Notes under the pieces: generated by a model | Database searches by the model: none | Seen by the model: the letters and a program-made list of their open reading frames with translations, nothing else | Told to the model about the DNA's origin: nothing | NCBI GenBank assembly: GCA_047973085.1 | Contig: JBKEBI010000023.1 | Location: 1 to 60,018 of the forward strand | Direction of reading: 5' to 3' | DNA length: 60,018 nt | From: Bacilli bacterium | GTDB lineage: Bacteria > Bacillota_I > Bacilli_A > JBKEDG01 | Program-made: the position numbers and the translations under genes | Part shown: positions 38,151 through 48,440 of the stretch, one piece after another | Position numbering within the stretch: the first letter of the stretch is position 1 | Layout: each line of letters starts with the position of its first letter

Positions 38151-39911
38151 ATGAAAAACCTATTAAAGGTAATGTTAAGCTTAGTAGTCGCAGTAACACT
38201 TGTTGCTTGTGGTGGAGAGAAGAGTTCAGATTCAATTACTATTTTGTCTGGAGATATGAATATGGACATCTATCCTTACATAACAAACAATGCGTATGAT
38301 AATAATGTACGTAAAGCTGTATTGGGTAGTGATGGTAATGCTGCTGTCATGTATTTAGGTGAAGATGGAGAATTCTATTTGAATGAAACAATTACTAAAA
38401 GTGTTGAAACTGTTGAGAATGAAGATGGAAGTAAGACATTTAAAGTAGAAATAAATCCAGGTATTAAATTTTCTGATGGGGAAGAAGCAAAAGCAATTGA
38501 CTTTATTTCTTATTACTACTTCGTTGGTTCACAAGAAGGTAAGGAAGCTGGATTTAGTACTTCAATATTTTCACTTCTTGAAGGTGGTAGTGAGTATTTA
38601 AGTGGAGATGCGGATACTATTTCTGGTTTAGTAGCTACGGGTGATTATACATTTGAAGCAACATATTCAGCACATAACTTTCCATATTATTGGGAAAGTA
38701 GTTTACTTGCTGTATACTTTCCAATGAAAACAACTGATTTATTTGAAGATGGAGATATTACAAAAGCTCCGCTTGTTTCTGAGGTTGTAGATAATATTTC
38801 AATGCCAGTCGGTGCAGGACCTTATGTTGTTACAGAATATAAGAATGATCAATATATGGTTTTAGAAGCAAATGAACATTATATAGGGGATTATAATGGA
38901 GTTAAGCCTTCTATTGAAAAAATTAATATAAAAATTGCTCCAATGGATACAGATATGGAACAATTACTATCTGGAGATGGAGATTATTTAGGTGGAGTTG
39001 TTGAGACTGATAAGATCAATGCAGGTCTTGATGCAGACGGTATTGCATACAGTACATATTTACGTAATGGTTATGGTGCATTGATGTTTCATTCTGACAT
39101 GCCAATTATAGAAGATGTAAGAGTTAGACAAGCAATGGCTTACTTGCTAGATAGAGAAGAGTTTTTAGAAGCATTTACAGGTGGATATGCTGAACTTGTT
39201 CATGGTCCATATGGTCTTTCAATGACAGAAGTTGAAGAAAGTAGTGTAGTTCCTGAAGAGTTAAACTCATATGATTATGATGAGGCGAAAGTTGAAGAGT
39301 TATTAACAGCTGCTGGTTGGGGATATGACAAAAATGGAAATGAATGGAAAGCTGATGGGTCTGATTCTAATTTCCGTTATAATGAAGCAGGAGAAGAATT
39401 AAAGTTATATTGGAATGCAAGTGAAAGTGAATATACAGATAAATTAATGGCTGTAGTTGCTAATACATTCCCACAAGCGGGTATTAATTTAGTGGTAGAT
39501 GTGACAGATTTTGCTCCATTACTTGAAAATTACTACAATGATGCACAGTTAACTATTTCTGAAAGAAAGTATAGCATGTTTAATATGGCAAATACATTTG
39601 CATCACCAAATAATCCATATGCTGCTTCGTATCATTCTGATTATTATGGTACAAGCACTAATTCACTTCATATTAACGATCCTAAATTAGATGAGTTAAT
39701 TGATAATGTTAGATTTACGGATCCTGATGATAGAGAAGGATATATTGCTGCTTGGGATGAGATGCAAGCATATATGAATGAGCAAGTATATATGATTCCA
39801 CTATATTCAAATAACTATCATGACTTTTATAATGATAAGATAGAAAATGTTGTTGGTACTCCATTTTGGACGTGGGGAAATCAAATTCATACTTGGACTA
39901 TAGAAGAATAG
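38151..39911 (+). CDS. Peptide/nickel ABC transporter substrate-binding lipoprotein (family 5 SBP, OppA-like)
   Basis: Lipobox LVACGG. 586-aa family-5 SBP-like protein. First gene of an opp/dpp-type operon. Confidence 0.85.
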   Translation: MKNLLKVMLSLVVAVTLVACGGEKSSDSITILSGDMNMDIYPYITNNAYDNNVRKAVLGSDGNAAVMYLGEDGEFYLNETITKSVETVENEDGSKTFKVEINPGIKFSDGEEAKAIDFISYYYFVGSQEGKEAGFSTSIFSLLEGGSEYLSGDADTISGLVATGDYTFEATYSAHNFPYYWESSLLAVYFPMKTTDLFEDGDITKAPLVSEVVDNISMPVGAGPYVVTEYKNDQYMVLEANEHYIGDYNGVKPSIEKINIKIAPMDTDMEQLLSGDGDYLGGVVETDKINAGLDADGIAYSTYLRNGYGALMFHSDMPIIEDVRVRQAMAYLLDREEFLEAFTGGYAELVHGPYGLSMTEVEESSVVPEELNSYDYDEAKVEELLTAAGWGYDKNGNEWKADGSDSNFRYNEAGEELKLYWNASESEYTDKLMAVVANTFPQAGINLVVDVTDFAPLLENYYNDAQLTISERKYSMFNMANTFASPNNPYAASYHSDYYGTSTNSLHINDPKLDELIDNVRFTDPDDREGYIAAWDEMQAYMNEQVYMIPLYSNNYHDFYNDKIENVVGTPFWTWGNQIHTWTIEE

Positions 39912-39988
39912 AGTCTTTAAATTAAATTTAGGTGAGTTTATTCAACTCGCCTTTTTTGAAAATATATTTAATTAAAATAGGAGGAAAA

Positions 39989-40981
39989 ATGGTTATATAT
40001 ATATTAAAAAGACTTATTCAGGCAGTTATTACTTTATTTATCATTAGTGTGCTTACATTTGGTATTAGTAGAGCGCTGCCAGGTGATCCATTAGCTAGTT
40101 ATTTTGATACATCAGTTACTAGAGGAATGAGTCCAGATGAAGTAAAAGAATATAGAGAAGAATTAAGAGAAATGCACGGATTAGATGATTCATATGTTGA
40201 TCAGTACATTTCGTGGCTTGATACAACATTTATAGAGAGAGACTTGGGATATTCGCTTAGTAAAAAAAGACCGAGTAGCCAAGTTATTGGAGAAGCGTTG
40301 AAAAATACAATTTATTTAGGAGGGGCTACATTTATATTTACTTTTATTGTTTCAGTTCCTCTTGGAATAATTGCTGCAGTAAAAAAAGGTACGATTATTG
40401 ATGACTTTATTAAAATATTTACAATACTTGGGATTTCACTACCTTCATTTGTTATAGGGATACTTTTAATTTATATTTTTGCAGGAATTTTAGGAATCTT
40501 ACCATTTAGTGGAATGACAGAAGTTGGTTTAAATCCTGAAGATGGTCTTGAATTTTATATGAGTTTGGGTAAACATATGATTCTTCCAATGTTAACTCTT
40601 GGAATTCCATCAATTGCATATCAAGTTAGGTATGTAAGGAATGCTATGCTTGATTGTTTAAGTCAAGACTATATTAGAACCGCAAGGTCAAAAGGGGTGT
40701 CGGGATCAAAAATTGTTATGAGTCATGCTTTTAGAAATGCTTTAGGAACAGTTGCTACTTTAGTAGTTTTATCACTTCCTACGGTGTTTAACTCTGGGAT
40801 AATTACAGAGTCGATTTTTGGATGGCCTGGTCTTGGCTCAGAACTTTTATCAGCAGTTACTAGTAGAGATAATGCTATTATGCTTAATATTGTAATGTTC
40901 TATGCATTTATTGCTGTAATGGCTACAATTTTAGCTGATATTGTACTTGCTATTGTAGATCCACGTGTAAAGTTGAGGTAA
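39989..40981 (+). CDS. Oligopeptide ABC transporter permease (OppB/DppB-like)
   Basis: ATG 39989 after AGGAGG. EAA-loop region DYIRTARSKGVSGSKIVMSHAFRNAL. Confidence 0.9.
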   Translation: MVIYILKRLIQAVITLFIISVLTFGISRALPGDPLASYFDTSVTRGMSPDEVKEYREELREMHGLDDSYVDQYISWLDTTFIERDLGYSLSKKRPSSQVIGEALKNTIYLGGATFIFTFIVSVPLGIIAAVKKGTIIDDFIKIFTILGISLPSFVIGILLIYIFAGILGILPFSGMTEVGLNPEDGLEFYMSLGKHMILPMLTLGIPSIAYQVRYVRNAMLDCLSQDYIRTARSKGVSGSKIVMSHAFRNALGTVATLVVLSLPTVFNSGIITESIFGWPGLGSELLSAVTSRDNAIMLNIVMFYAFIAVMATILADIVLAIVDPRVKLR

Positions 40982-40985
40982 TGGT

Positions 40986-41891
40986 ATGATGAGAAAAAGT
41001 AAAAAAAATATTGATAAATCACAAAGTCCTAAAAGAATAGTTTTTGATAACTTTATGGCTAAAAAAACAGCTGTAGTGGGAGTTATTATCTTTGCTTTGA
41101 TATTAGTTATTGTCTTGATTTTTCCAATATTTATAAAAACGGATATAAATAATATAGATCCTAGTAAAATATTTAACCCTCCAAGCAGTGAGCATTGGTT
41201 TGGAACAGATGAACTTGGTAGAGACTATTTTGCTAGAATTCTTATTGGTGGACGTGTAACGTTATTGTCATCATTTGTTTTAACTCTAGTTACGATGATA
41301 CTAGCTGTTGTTCTTGGTATTGTTGCTGGGTATTTTGGCGGAGTAATTGATATGTTAATTATGCGTAGTTCAGAAATCATTAGTTCGATCCCATTCTTAG
41401 CAATTGCGATTATGATAAGCGTAATCCTTAGAGAAGCAGAAATGGCTACGAACTTACGTATTGTGTATATTATGATTGTAATAGGTTTTATAAGTTGGGG
41501 TGGTTATGCTCGACTGATAAGAGCAAATGTCATGTCTCTTAGAGAAAGTGAATTTATGCTAGCAGCAAAATCATTGGGTATTAAACGCTTTAATCAAATG
41601 TTTAGACATTTACTACCTAATGTAATTGGAGTAGTTATTATAGGTACTGCGCTACGATTTGCGAGTGCAATTTTAGTTGAATCAGGTTTATCATTTTTAG
41701 GTCTTGGAACGCAAGAACCTGATGCTTCATGGGGAGCACTTATAAACAATGCAAGAAGTTTTACTACAATTAGTCAACGTTGGTGGATATGGGTTATTCC
41801 TTCTGCATTTATTGTCTTGACTGTGTTTTCTGTAAATTTAATTGGTGATGGATTAACAGACGCAATAAATCCAAAAGAGAATGAAAGGTAA
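40986..41891 (+). CDS. Oligopeptide ABC transporter permease (OppC/DppC-like)
   Basis: HWFGTDELGRDYFARIL motif and EAA loop EFMLAAKSLGIKRFNQMFRHLLPN. Confidence 0.9.
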   Translation: MMRKSKKNIDKSQSPKRIVFDNFMAKKTAVVGVIIFALILVIVLIFPIFIKTDINNIDPSKIFNPPSSEHWFGTDELGRDYFARILIGGRVTLLSSFVLTLVTMILAVVLGIVAGYFGGVIDMLIMRSSEIISSIPFLAIAIMISVILREAEMATNLRIVYIMIVIGFISWGGYARLIRANVMSLRESEFMLAAKSLGIKRFNQMFRHLLPNVIGVVIIGTALRFASAILVESGLSFLGLGTQEPDASWGALINNARSFTTISQRWWIWVIPSAFIVLTVFSVNLIGDGLTDAINPKENER

Positions 41892-41900
41892 GGTGATAAT

Positions 41901-42893
41901 ATGGCATTATTAGAAGTGAAAAACCTGCATACTCATTTTCAAACAAGGGTAGGAACAATTAAATCTGTTAATGGAGTTGATTTTAATTTGGAGCAAGGGG
42001 TAACCCTTGGAATAGTAGGAGAGAGTGGAAGTGGTAAGAGCGTAACTTGTATGAGTATTCTTCAACTGCTTGATACTAATGGTGATATTGTTGAAGGAGA
42101 AGTTATTTTAGAAGGTAAAAATCTTACAAGATTATCTGAAAATGAACTTAGAGAAATTCGTGGTGATGATATCTCAATGATTTTTCAAGAACCAATGACT
42201 TCACTTAATCCGCTTCATAAAGTTTATAAACAAATTTCAGAAGTTATTATGTTGCATCAAAAGAAAACGAAAAAAGAAGCAGCTAGAATGTCTGTACAGT
42301 TATTAAAAGATGTAGGTATTCCAAATCCTGAGCAAGTTGCAAAGCAGTATCCATTTCAATTGTCTGGAGGAATGCGCCAACGTGTTATGATAGCAATAGC
42401 ACTTGCTTGTGAGCCAAAAATTCTTATTGCAGATGAACCAACGACTGCATTAGATGTTACAATTCAAGCGCAAATTTTACAATTGATAAATAATTTAAAA
42501 AAGCAAAATAATACATCTATTATTTTTATAACTCATGATTTAGCTGTTATAAGTGAGATGGCTGATGAAGTTATGGTAATGTACTGTGGGCGCGTTGTGG
42601 AAAAAGCTCCAGCAGATATTCTATTTTCTGATATGAATAACTCACACCCTTATCGTGAAGGATTGCTAGAGTCATTGCCGGCAACTGAGTATCATGAAGA
42701 TGAAGAGTATTTAAATGTAATCGAGGGAAGTGTTCCTGCTCCTTCTGAAATCCCAAAAGGGTGCGCATTTTGTACTCGCTGTAAATATGCAACAAAGAAA
42801 TGTGAAGAAGAAATGCCTGATTTACAGGAAGTAAATCCAAATCATTTTATTCGTTGCTTCTATCCTAGTAATAGAGGAGGACATAATGGCTAA
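41901..42893 (+). CDS. Oligopeptide ABC transporter ATPase (OppD-like)
   Basis: Walker [18 protein letters not shown], Walker [13 protein letters not shown], and a C-terminal oligopeptide-type Cys-containing domain. Confidence 0.9.
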   Translation: MALLEVKNLHTHFQTRVGTIKSVNGVDFNLEQGVTLGIVGESGSGKSVTCMSILQLLDTNGDIVEGEVILEGKNLTRLSENELREIRGDDISMIFQEPMTSLNPLHKVYKQISEVIMLHQKKTKKEAARMSVQLLKDVGIPNPEQVAKQYPFQLSGGMRQRVMIAIALACEPKILIADEPTTALDVTIQAQILQLINNLKKQNNTSIIFITHDLAVISEMADEVMVMYCGRVVEKAPADILFSDMNNSHPYREGLLESLPATEYHEDEEYLNVIEGSVPAPSEIPKGCAFCTRCKYATKKCEEEMPDLQEVNPNHFIRCFYPSNRGGHNG

Positions 42894-43881
42894 TATATTG
42901 GAAATAAATGAATTAAAGCAGCACTTTGTTGTTGGGAAAACAAAGCCTATTATAGGGTCTAAGATTAAAGTTTTAGCTAATGATGGAATTTCTGTTTCTA
43001 TTGCTGAAGGAGAAACTCTAGGTTTAGTTGGAGAAAGTGGTTGTGGAAAGTCAACTTTTGGTAGAACAATAACAAAGTTGTATAAACCTACAGCAGGAAC
43101 AATTTTATTTGATGGACAAAACATTACTGAAATGAAAGGTGAAAAATTGAGAAAGCTCCGTAAGGATTTTCAAATTATATTTCAAGATCCATACTCTTCT
43201 CTAGATCCTAAAATGACAGTTGGGGCAATTATTGGTGAAGCACTTGTAGAACATAAAATGTTTAAGTCAAATTCTGCAGAGCTTGAAAATTATATTATAG
43301 AAATAATGGAAAAATGTGGATTGGCAGGCTATATGATTAATAGGTACCCTCATCAATTTAGTGGTGGTCAAAGACAAAGGATAGGAATTGCTAGAGCAAT
43401 TGCTCTTAAGCCAAAGTTTATTGTTTGTGATGAAGCTGTAAGTGCACTTGATGTTTCTATTCAGTCACAAATAATTAATCTTTTAGTTGATTTACGTAAA
43501 GAATTCAATTTTACATATTTATTTATTTCACATGATTTAAATGTGGTTAGACATATAAGTGATCGTGTTGGTGTTATGTATCTTGGAAAAATTGTCGAAC
43601 TTGCTGATTCAAAGGATATTTATAATAATACGCTTCACCCATATTCAAAAATGTTGCTTGAAGCTGTTCCTAAAATTGATGGTGGTAAGGCAGATGACCA
43701 CGAGGTTATTCTTGGTGATATACCTTCAAATAGTAGTGTTAATCCAATTAAGGGGTGCAAGTTTCATACAAGATGTCCTATAGCAGAGAAGAAATGTAGT
43801 TTGGAAGTTCCTTTGCTTGAAGAAAAAGAAAAAAATCATTTTGTTGCATGTCACTTAGTGTGTAAAAATGAAGAGCTTTAA
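42886..43881 (+). CDS. Oligopeptide ABC transporter ATPase (OppF-like)
   Basis: Walker A GESGCGKST, FSGGQRQRI, Walker B FIVCDEAVSALD. Confidence 0.9.
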   Translation: MANILEINELKQHFVVGKTKPIIGSKIKVLANDGISVSIAEGETLGLVGESGCGKSTFGRTITKLYKPTAGTILFDGQNITEMKGEKLRKLRKDFQIIFQDPYSSLDPKMTVGAIIGEALVEHKMFKSNSAELENYIIEIMEKCGLAGYMINRYPHQFSGGQRQRIGIARAIALKPKFIVCDEAVSALDVSIQSQIINLLVDLRKEFNFTYLFISHDLNVVRHISDRVGVMYLGKIVELADSKDIYNNTLHPYSKMLLEAVPKIDGGKADDHEVILGDIPSNSSVNPIKGCKFHTRCPIAEKKCSLEVPLLEEKEKNHFVACHLVCKNEEL

Positions 43882-44050
43882 ACAACGAAGAGAAGAGGCT
43901 TTAAAAGAGGAAGAAAAATATATAAAATTTAGAAATGAACATGAATTTACTAAAGAAGAAGTTAACTTTATTATTAAAAGTGGAGTTATGTTTTTTCTGA
44001 TAATACTATTTATATGTGTATGCTTATTTGTTGTGGCATGGATGATTTAA
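43868..44050 (+). CDS. Hypothetical small membrane protein (60 aa)
   Basis: Charged N-terminus plus one C-terminal TM segment. Overlaps the oppF end, no clear RBS. A terminator hairpin follows at about 44063-44095. Confidence 0.35.
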   Translation: MKSFKQRREEALKEEEKYIKFRNEHEFTKEEVNFIIKSGVMFFLIILFICVCLFVVAWMI

Positions 44051-44115
44051 TAAAATTTGAGAAACTTTGGGGTAAGTTATTTCCAAAGTTTTTCTATAAC
44101 TAATATGGAGGTAAA

Positions 44116-45858
44116 ATGGCAAATTGGGATTTAACAGATATATTCAAAACAAAAAAACTTTATTATGAAGCAATTGAAACATGTTTGGAAAATGTTGATA
44201 AATTATGTAGTTATCAAACAATAGTTGTTACTAATATAAATGAGTTTTTAGAACTTTATGAAATAGTTATGAATGATTTAAGCGATATTGTTTGTTATGG
44301 AACTATGAATTATCATTTAGATATGAGCGCAAATGATACAATTAAAGATTATTTAAAGTCACAAAATATTGAAAGTGAAATTAAAGAAAAATTATCATGG
44401 TTTATACCAGAGATAGTTTGTGCGAATAAAAGTGAAGTGCTTAATGGTATAAGTGATGAAAACAGAGAAAAATATACACATTTTATTGAAAAGATATTTG
44501 ATAACCAAGAACATGTTTTAAGTCCAGTAGAGGAAAAAATTATTGTTAGCTTAGAAAAAATAAGAGAAGATATTGTTAATACATATGATGCGCTTATGGT
44601 AAGTGATAGAAAGGGAGTAGATATTAAAATAGGTAATAAGCTTGTTCAGGTAAACTCGAGTAACTATAATAAACTACTTTCAGAACTAGAAGAGCAAGCA
44701 GATCGAGAAAAGGTTTTTACTACTTATTATCAATATTTTGAAGATCATTCTAATACGGTTGCAAATATGTATAATACAATATTATCTATAAATAGTCGCA
44801 TTGCTAAATTTCATGGATATAAATCAAGTTTAGATGCTAAATTGAATTCAGAAAAAATTCCGGTTGAAGTTTATAAAAGCTTAATTAGAAATGTGAAAAA
44901 AAATTGTATTGAGTTACAGAGTTTTTTGAAATATCGAGAAAAAGAACTTGGGTTAGAACAGATACATACCTATGATCGTTTAAGAAAGGTTTACTCAACA
45001 GATAAGCAATATACATATGAAAGTGGGTTGAAACTGTGTTTTGAGGCTGCTAAGGGTGCAAATGATGATTATTTTAATTTAATTAAAACTGTATTACAAG
45101 ATGGTTGGGTTGATGTCTATCCTAAAAATAATAAACGTGGTGGAGCTTATTCATGGAGAACGAACAACTCTCATCCATATATATTACACAATTATGATGA
45201 AACATTGAATAGTGTGTACACGCTAATGCATGAGGCAGGCCATTCGGTACATTCATACTTATCTGACAAATATCAATCACCAATAAATTCTAACTATAGT
45301 ATTTATGTTGCTGAAGTTGCTTCAACTTTTGCTGAATGCCTTTTAACAGATTATTTACTAGCTAATGAAGAAGATGAGAATCTAAAGAAAACTTTAGTAG
45401 AAGAAAATATATTAAGAATTATTTCTACATTATATCGCCAAACTTTATTTGCTGAATTTGAATATATAGTTCATGAGTTAGTTGATAATGGGCAAGTTTT
45501 AACAAAAGATACATTAAATCAAGTTATGCAAGAGTTGTATTTTGATTATTATGGGATTAATTTAGAAACAGAAGCTTTGAAAAAGTATGTCTGGATGTAT
45601 ATAGGGCATTTATATTTTGCTCCGTTTTATGTGTATCAATATGCAACATGTATTACAGCGAGTTTTCAAATATATGACAAATATTGCAGGTCAAAAGAAG
45701 AGGGACTTGCAATGTTGTATGGTATTTTAAAGCAGGGAGGAAGCGATTATCCAAATAATATTTTATTAGATGTTGGTATTGATTTAACAAAAGATGAAAC
45801 ATACTCTGGAGTATTTAATTATCTAAAAAAGCAGGTTGAAATTCTTGTTAATATTTAA
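44116..45858 (+). CDS. pepF: M3B-family oligoendopeptidase F
   Basis: HEAGHSVH zinc motif. 580 aa. RBS GGAGG. Confidence 0.85.
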   Translation: MANWDLTDIFKTKKLYYEAIETCLENVDKLCSYQTIVVTNINEFLELYEIVMNDLSDIVCYGTMNYHLDMSANDTIKDYLKSQNIESEIKEKLSWFIPEIVCANKSEVLNGISDENREKYTHFIEKIFDNQEHVLSPVEEKIIVSLEKIREDIVNTYDALMVSDRKGVDIKIGNKLVQVNSSNYNKLLSELEEQADREKVFTTYYQYFEDHSNTVANMYNTILSINSRIAKFHGYKSSLDAKLNSEKIPVEVYKSLIRNVKKNCIELQSFLKYREKELGLEQIHTYDRLRKVYSTDKQYTYESGLKLCFEAAKGANDDYFNLIKTVLQDGWVDVYPKNNKRGGAYSWRTNNSHPYILHNYDETLNSVYTLMHEAGHSVHSYLSDKYQSPINSNYSIYVAEVASTFAECLLTDYLLANEEDENLKKTLVEENILRIISTLYRQTLFAEFEYIVHELVDNGQVLTKDTLNQVMQELYFDYYGINLETEALKKYVWMYIGHLYFAPFYVYQYATCITASFQIYDKYCRSKEEGLAMLYGILKQGGSDYPNNILLDVGIDLTKDETYSGVFNYLKKQVEILVNI

Positions 45859-45993
45859 AGTTATATAGAAGTTTGGTTGAAAAATCAAACTTTTATGACT
45901 TTATATGCATTATTATATTTTATATCAATATAAAAGGTAGTTTTAAGTGTAAAAAACCTTAATATAAGTTATAATGTAAATAGGTGATTAAAT

Positions 45994-47091
45994 ATGATAA
46001 TGAAAAATTTAACAAAAGAATTAAAAAATGAAAAAGTTAAAAATTTACTTAAAAAATTAAGGAATCAAAATGAACTTACTAGAGAAGAATATTTATATAT
46101 TTTAGAAAATATTGATGTAAGTGCTTTTGAATACTTAAAACAGCTTTCTAGAAAGGTAACTGATGAAGTTTATGGAAAAGCTGTGTATTTACGTGGTCTA
46201 ATAGAAATATCTAATTATTGTAATAGAAGTTGTAATTACTGTGGAATCAGAAAAGAAAATACCGATGTAAATAGATATAGACTTAGTAAGGAAGAAATTT
46301 TAAATAGCTGTGAAATAGGTTATAAACTAGGCTATAAAACATTTGTAATGCAAGGTGGAGAAGATAGTTATTATACCAAAGAGGTATTAAGTGATATAAT
46401 TAGTGAAATTAGAAAGAAGTTTCCAGATGTAGCTATCACTTTATCAATTGGTGAGAGAAGTTATGAAGATTATCTTTCGTTTTTTAATGCTGGAGCGAAC
46501 AGATTTTTACTTCGTCATGAAGCATATTCAAAAAATCTGTATAATCATTTACATCCTTCTTCAATGAGTTATGAAGATAGAATTGAATGTTTAAATAATT
46601 TAAAAGAAATAGGATATCAGACTGGACTTGGGATGATGATAGGGAGTCCAACTCAAACTAATAAAGATTTAGTGGAAGATTTAATATTTATTCAGGAATT
46701 TAAGCCTGCAATGTGTGGTATAGGTCCATATATTAATCACAAAAATACACCTTTTAAAAATGAGGAAACAGGTAATGTTGATCATACATTAGTAATGGTA
46801 GCTCTTGCACGATTAATCGTTCCAAGTTGTTTGATTCCAGCAACTACAGCACTTGCAACAATTGATAAAAATAAGAGGCTTGATGCTCTAAAGCTAGGTG
46901 CGAATGTAGTTATGCCAAACCTTAGTCCTCACTCAGCAAGGAAGTCATATGAAATCTATCAAGGTAAGAAGTTTCTAGGTTGTGAAGCAGCAGAAGAAAA
47001 GGATGCAATCATAAAAGAAATTGAAGATATTGGTCTTGAAGTAGTTCTTGTTAGAGGAGATACAAAAATGGAGGGATATGAATGTTTATAG
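45994..47091 (+). CDS. hydE: [FeFe]-hydrogenase maturase HydE (radical SAM)
   Basis: CNRSCNYCG radical-SAM motif, BioB-like fold, placed directly upstream of hydG-hydF. Confidence 0.85.
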   Translation: MIMKNLTKELKNEKVKNLLKKLRNQNELTREEYLYILENIDVSAFEYLKQLSRKVTDEVYGKAVYLRGLIEISNYCNRSCNYCGIRKENTDVNRYRLSKEEILNSCEIGYKLGYKTFVMQGGEDSYYTKEVLSDIISEIRKKFPDVAITLSIGERSYEDYLSFFNAGANRFLLRHEAYSKNLYNHLHPSSMSYEDRIECLNNLKEIGYQTGLGMMIGSPTQTNKDLVEDLIFIQEFKPAMCGIGPYINHKNTPFKNEETGNVDHTLVMVALARLIVPSCLIPATTALATIDKNKRLDALKLGANVVMPNLSPHSARKSYEIYQGKKFLGCEAAEEKDAIIKEIEDIGLEVVLVRGDTKMEGYECL

Positions 47092-48440
47092 ATAATCAAT
47101 ATATAAAAGAAATATTAAAAGTTAACCCCACATATGAGGATGTATTGAGTGTTATACATAGGAGTAGGGAAGGTGAAAGTTTATCACACAAAGATATTGC
47201 AGTACTTTTAAATGCTGAAGATGAAAAAAGTATAGCTCTTGTTTTTGATGAAGCTTCAAGAATAAAAAGTAAATATTATGGAAATCGAGTAGTACTTTTT
47301 GCACCTCTTTATGTAAGTGATTACTGCACAAATAACTGTACTTACTGTGGATATAAACGTAGTAACGATTTTACTCGTAGAAAACTTAGCTATGATGAAA
47401 TTAAAGAAGAAGTAAAATTTTTAGAGGAATTAGGACACAAGCGCCTTGCTCTTGAAGTTGGTGAAGATGAGGTTAATTTTGATTTTGAAACAATTTTATC
47501 TTCAATAGATGCTATTTATGAAAATAGTAGTATTAGAAGAATTAATGTAAACATTGCTCCAGTAAGTGTAGAGAAATTTTCAAGACTTAAAGCTAAAAAT
47601 ATCGGTACATATATTTTGTTTCAAGAAACGTATGATAAAAAGATGTATGAAAAGTATCATTCTAAAAGCTTAAAGGGAGACTTTGATAGACAACTGTATG
47701 CTCATCACAATGCAATGAAGGGTGGAATTGATGATGTAGGTGGAGGAGTTTTATTTGGGCTTAGCGATTATAAATTTGAAGTTTTATGTTTGATGCTTCA
47801 CAATGAAGAATTAGAAAAAGAATTTAATGTAGGATTTCATACAGTTAGTGTACCTAGAATTAGAAAAGCTATTGGTATGGAAATAAATGAATTTAATCAT
47901 TTGGTTAGTGATGAGGAGTTTAAGAAACTTGTTGCAATTATTAGAATTGCAATACCATTTACCGGAATAATCTTATCAACCCGTGAGTCAGAAGTAATGC
48001 GTCAAGAATTGATTGATTTAGGAATAACACAAATTAGTGCAGGAAGTCAAACTGGCGTTGGTGGGTATAAAGACAGTCAGTCAGGTAAGGCAAGTTTGCA
48101 ATTTGCTACAAACGATGAGCGAAGCCCAATAGAGGTAATTAAGGATTTAATAAGAAGAGGGTACCTTCCTTCATATTGTACTGCTTGTTACCGAGTGGGA
48201 AGAGTTGGGCAAGATTTTATGGATATTGTAAAAGCTAATAAAATTCATTTGCTATGTCATCCTAATTCACTGATTACTTTTACTGAATATATTGAAGATT
48301 ATGGAGATGAAGAACTCAAAACTTTGGGTTATAAGTTGATTGAAAATGAACTTGCTAAAATAGAGAATATAGAATTTAGAAAAAAGGTTAGTGAGAAGGT
48401 TGATTTAATTAGAAAGGGAGAGCGTGATTTGTATGTCTAA
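47082..48440 (+). CDS. hydG: [FeFe]-hydrogenase maturase HydG (radical SAM tyrosine lyase)
   Basis: CTNNCTYCG motif plus C-terminal CTACYR cluster motif. Confidence 0.9.
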   Translation: MFIDNQYIKEILKVNPTYEDVLSVIHRSREGESLSHKDIAVLLNAEDEKSIALVFDEASRIKSKYYGNRVVLFAPLYVSDYCTNNCTYCGYKRSNDFTRRKLSYDEIKEEVKFLEELGHKRLALEVGEDEVNFDFETILSSIDAIYENSSIRRINVNIAPVSVEKFSRLKAKNIGTYILFQETYDKKMYEKYHSKSLKGDFDRQLYAHHNAMKGGIDDVGGGVLFGLSDYKFEVLCLMLHNEELEKEFNVGFHTVSVPRIRKAIGMEINEFNHLVSDEEFKKLVAIIRIAIPFTGIILSTRESEVMRQELIDLGITQISAGSQTGVGGYKDSQSGKASLQFATNDERSPIEVIKDLIRRGYLPSYCTACYRVGRVGQDFMDIVKANKIHLLCHPNSLITFTEYIEDYGDEELKTLGYKLIENELAKIENIEFRKKVSEKVDLIRKGERDLYV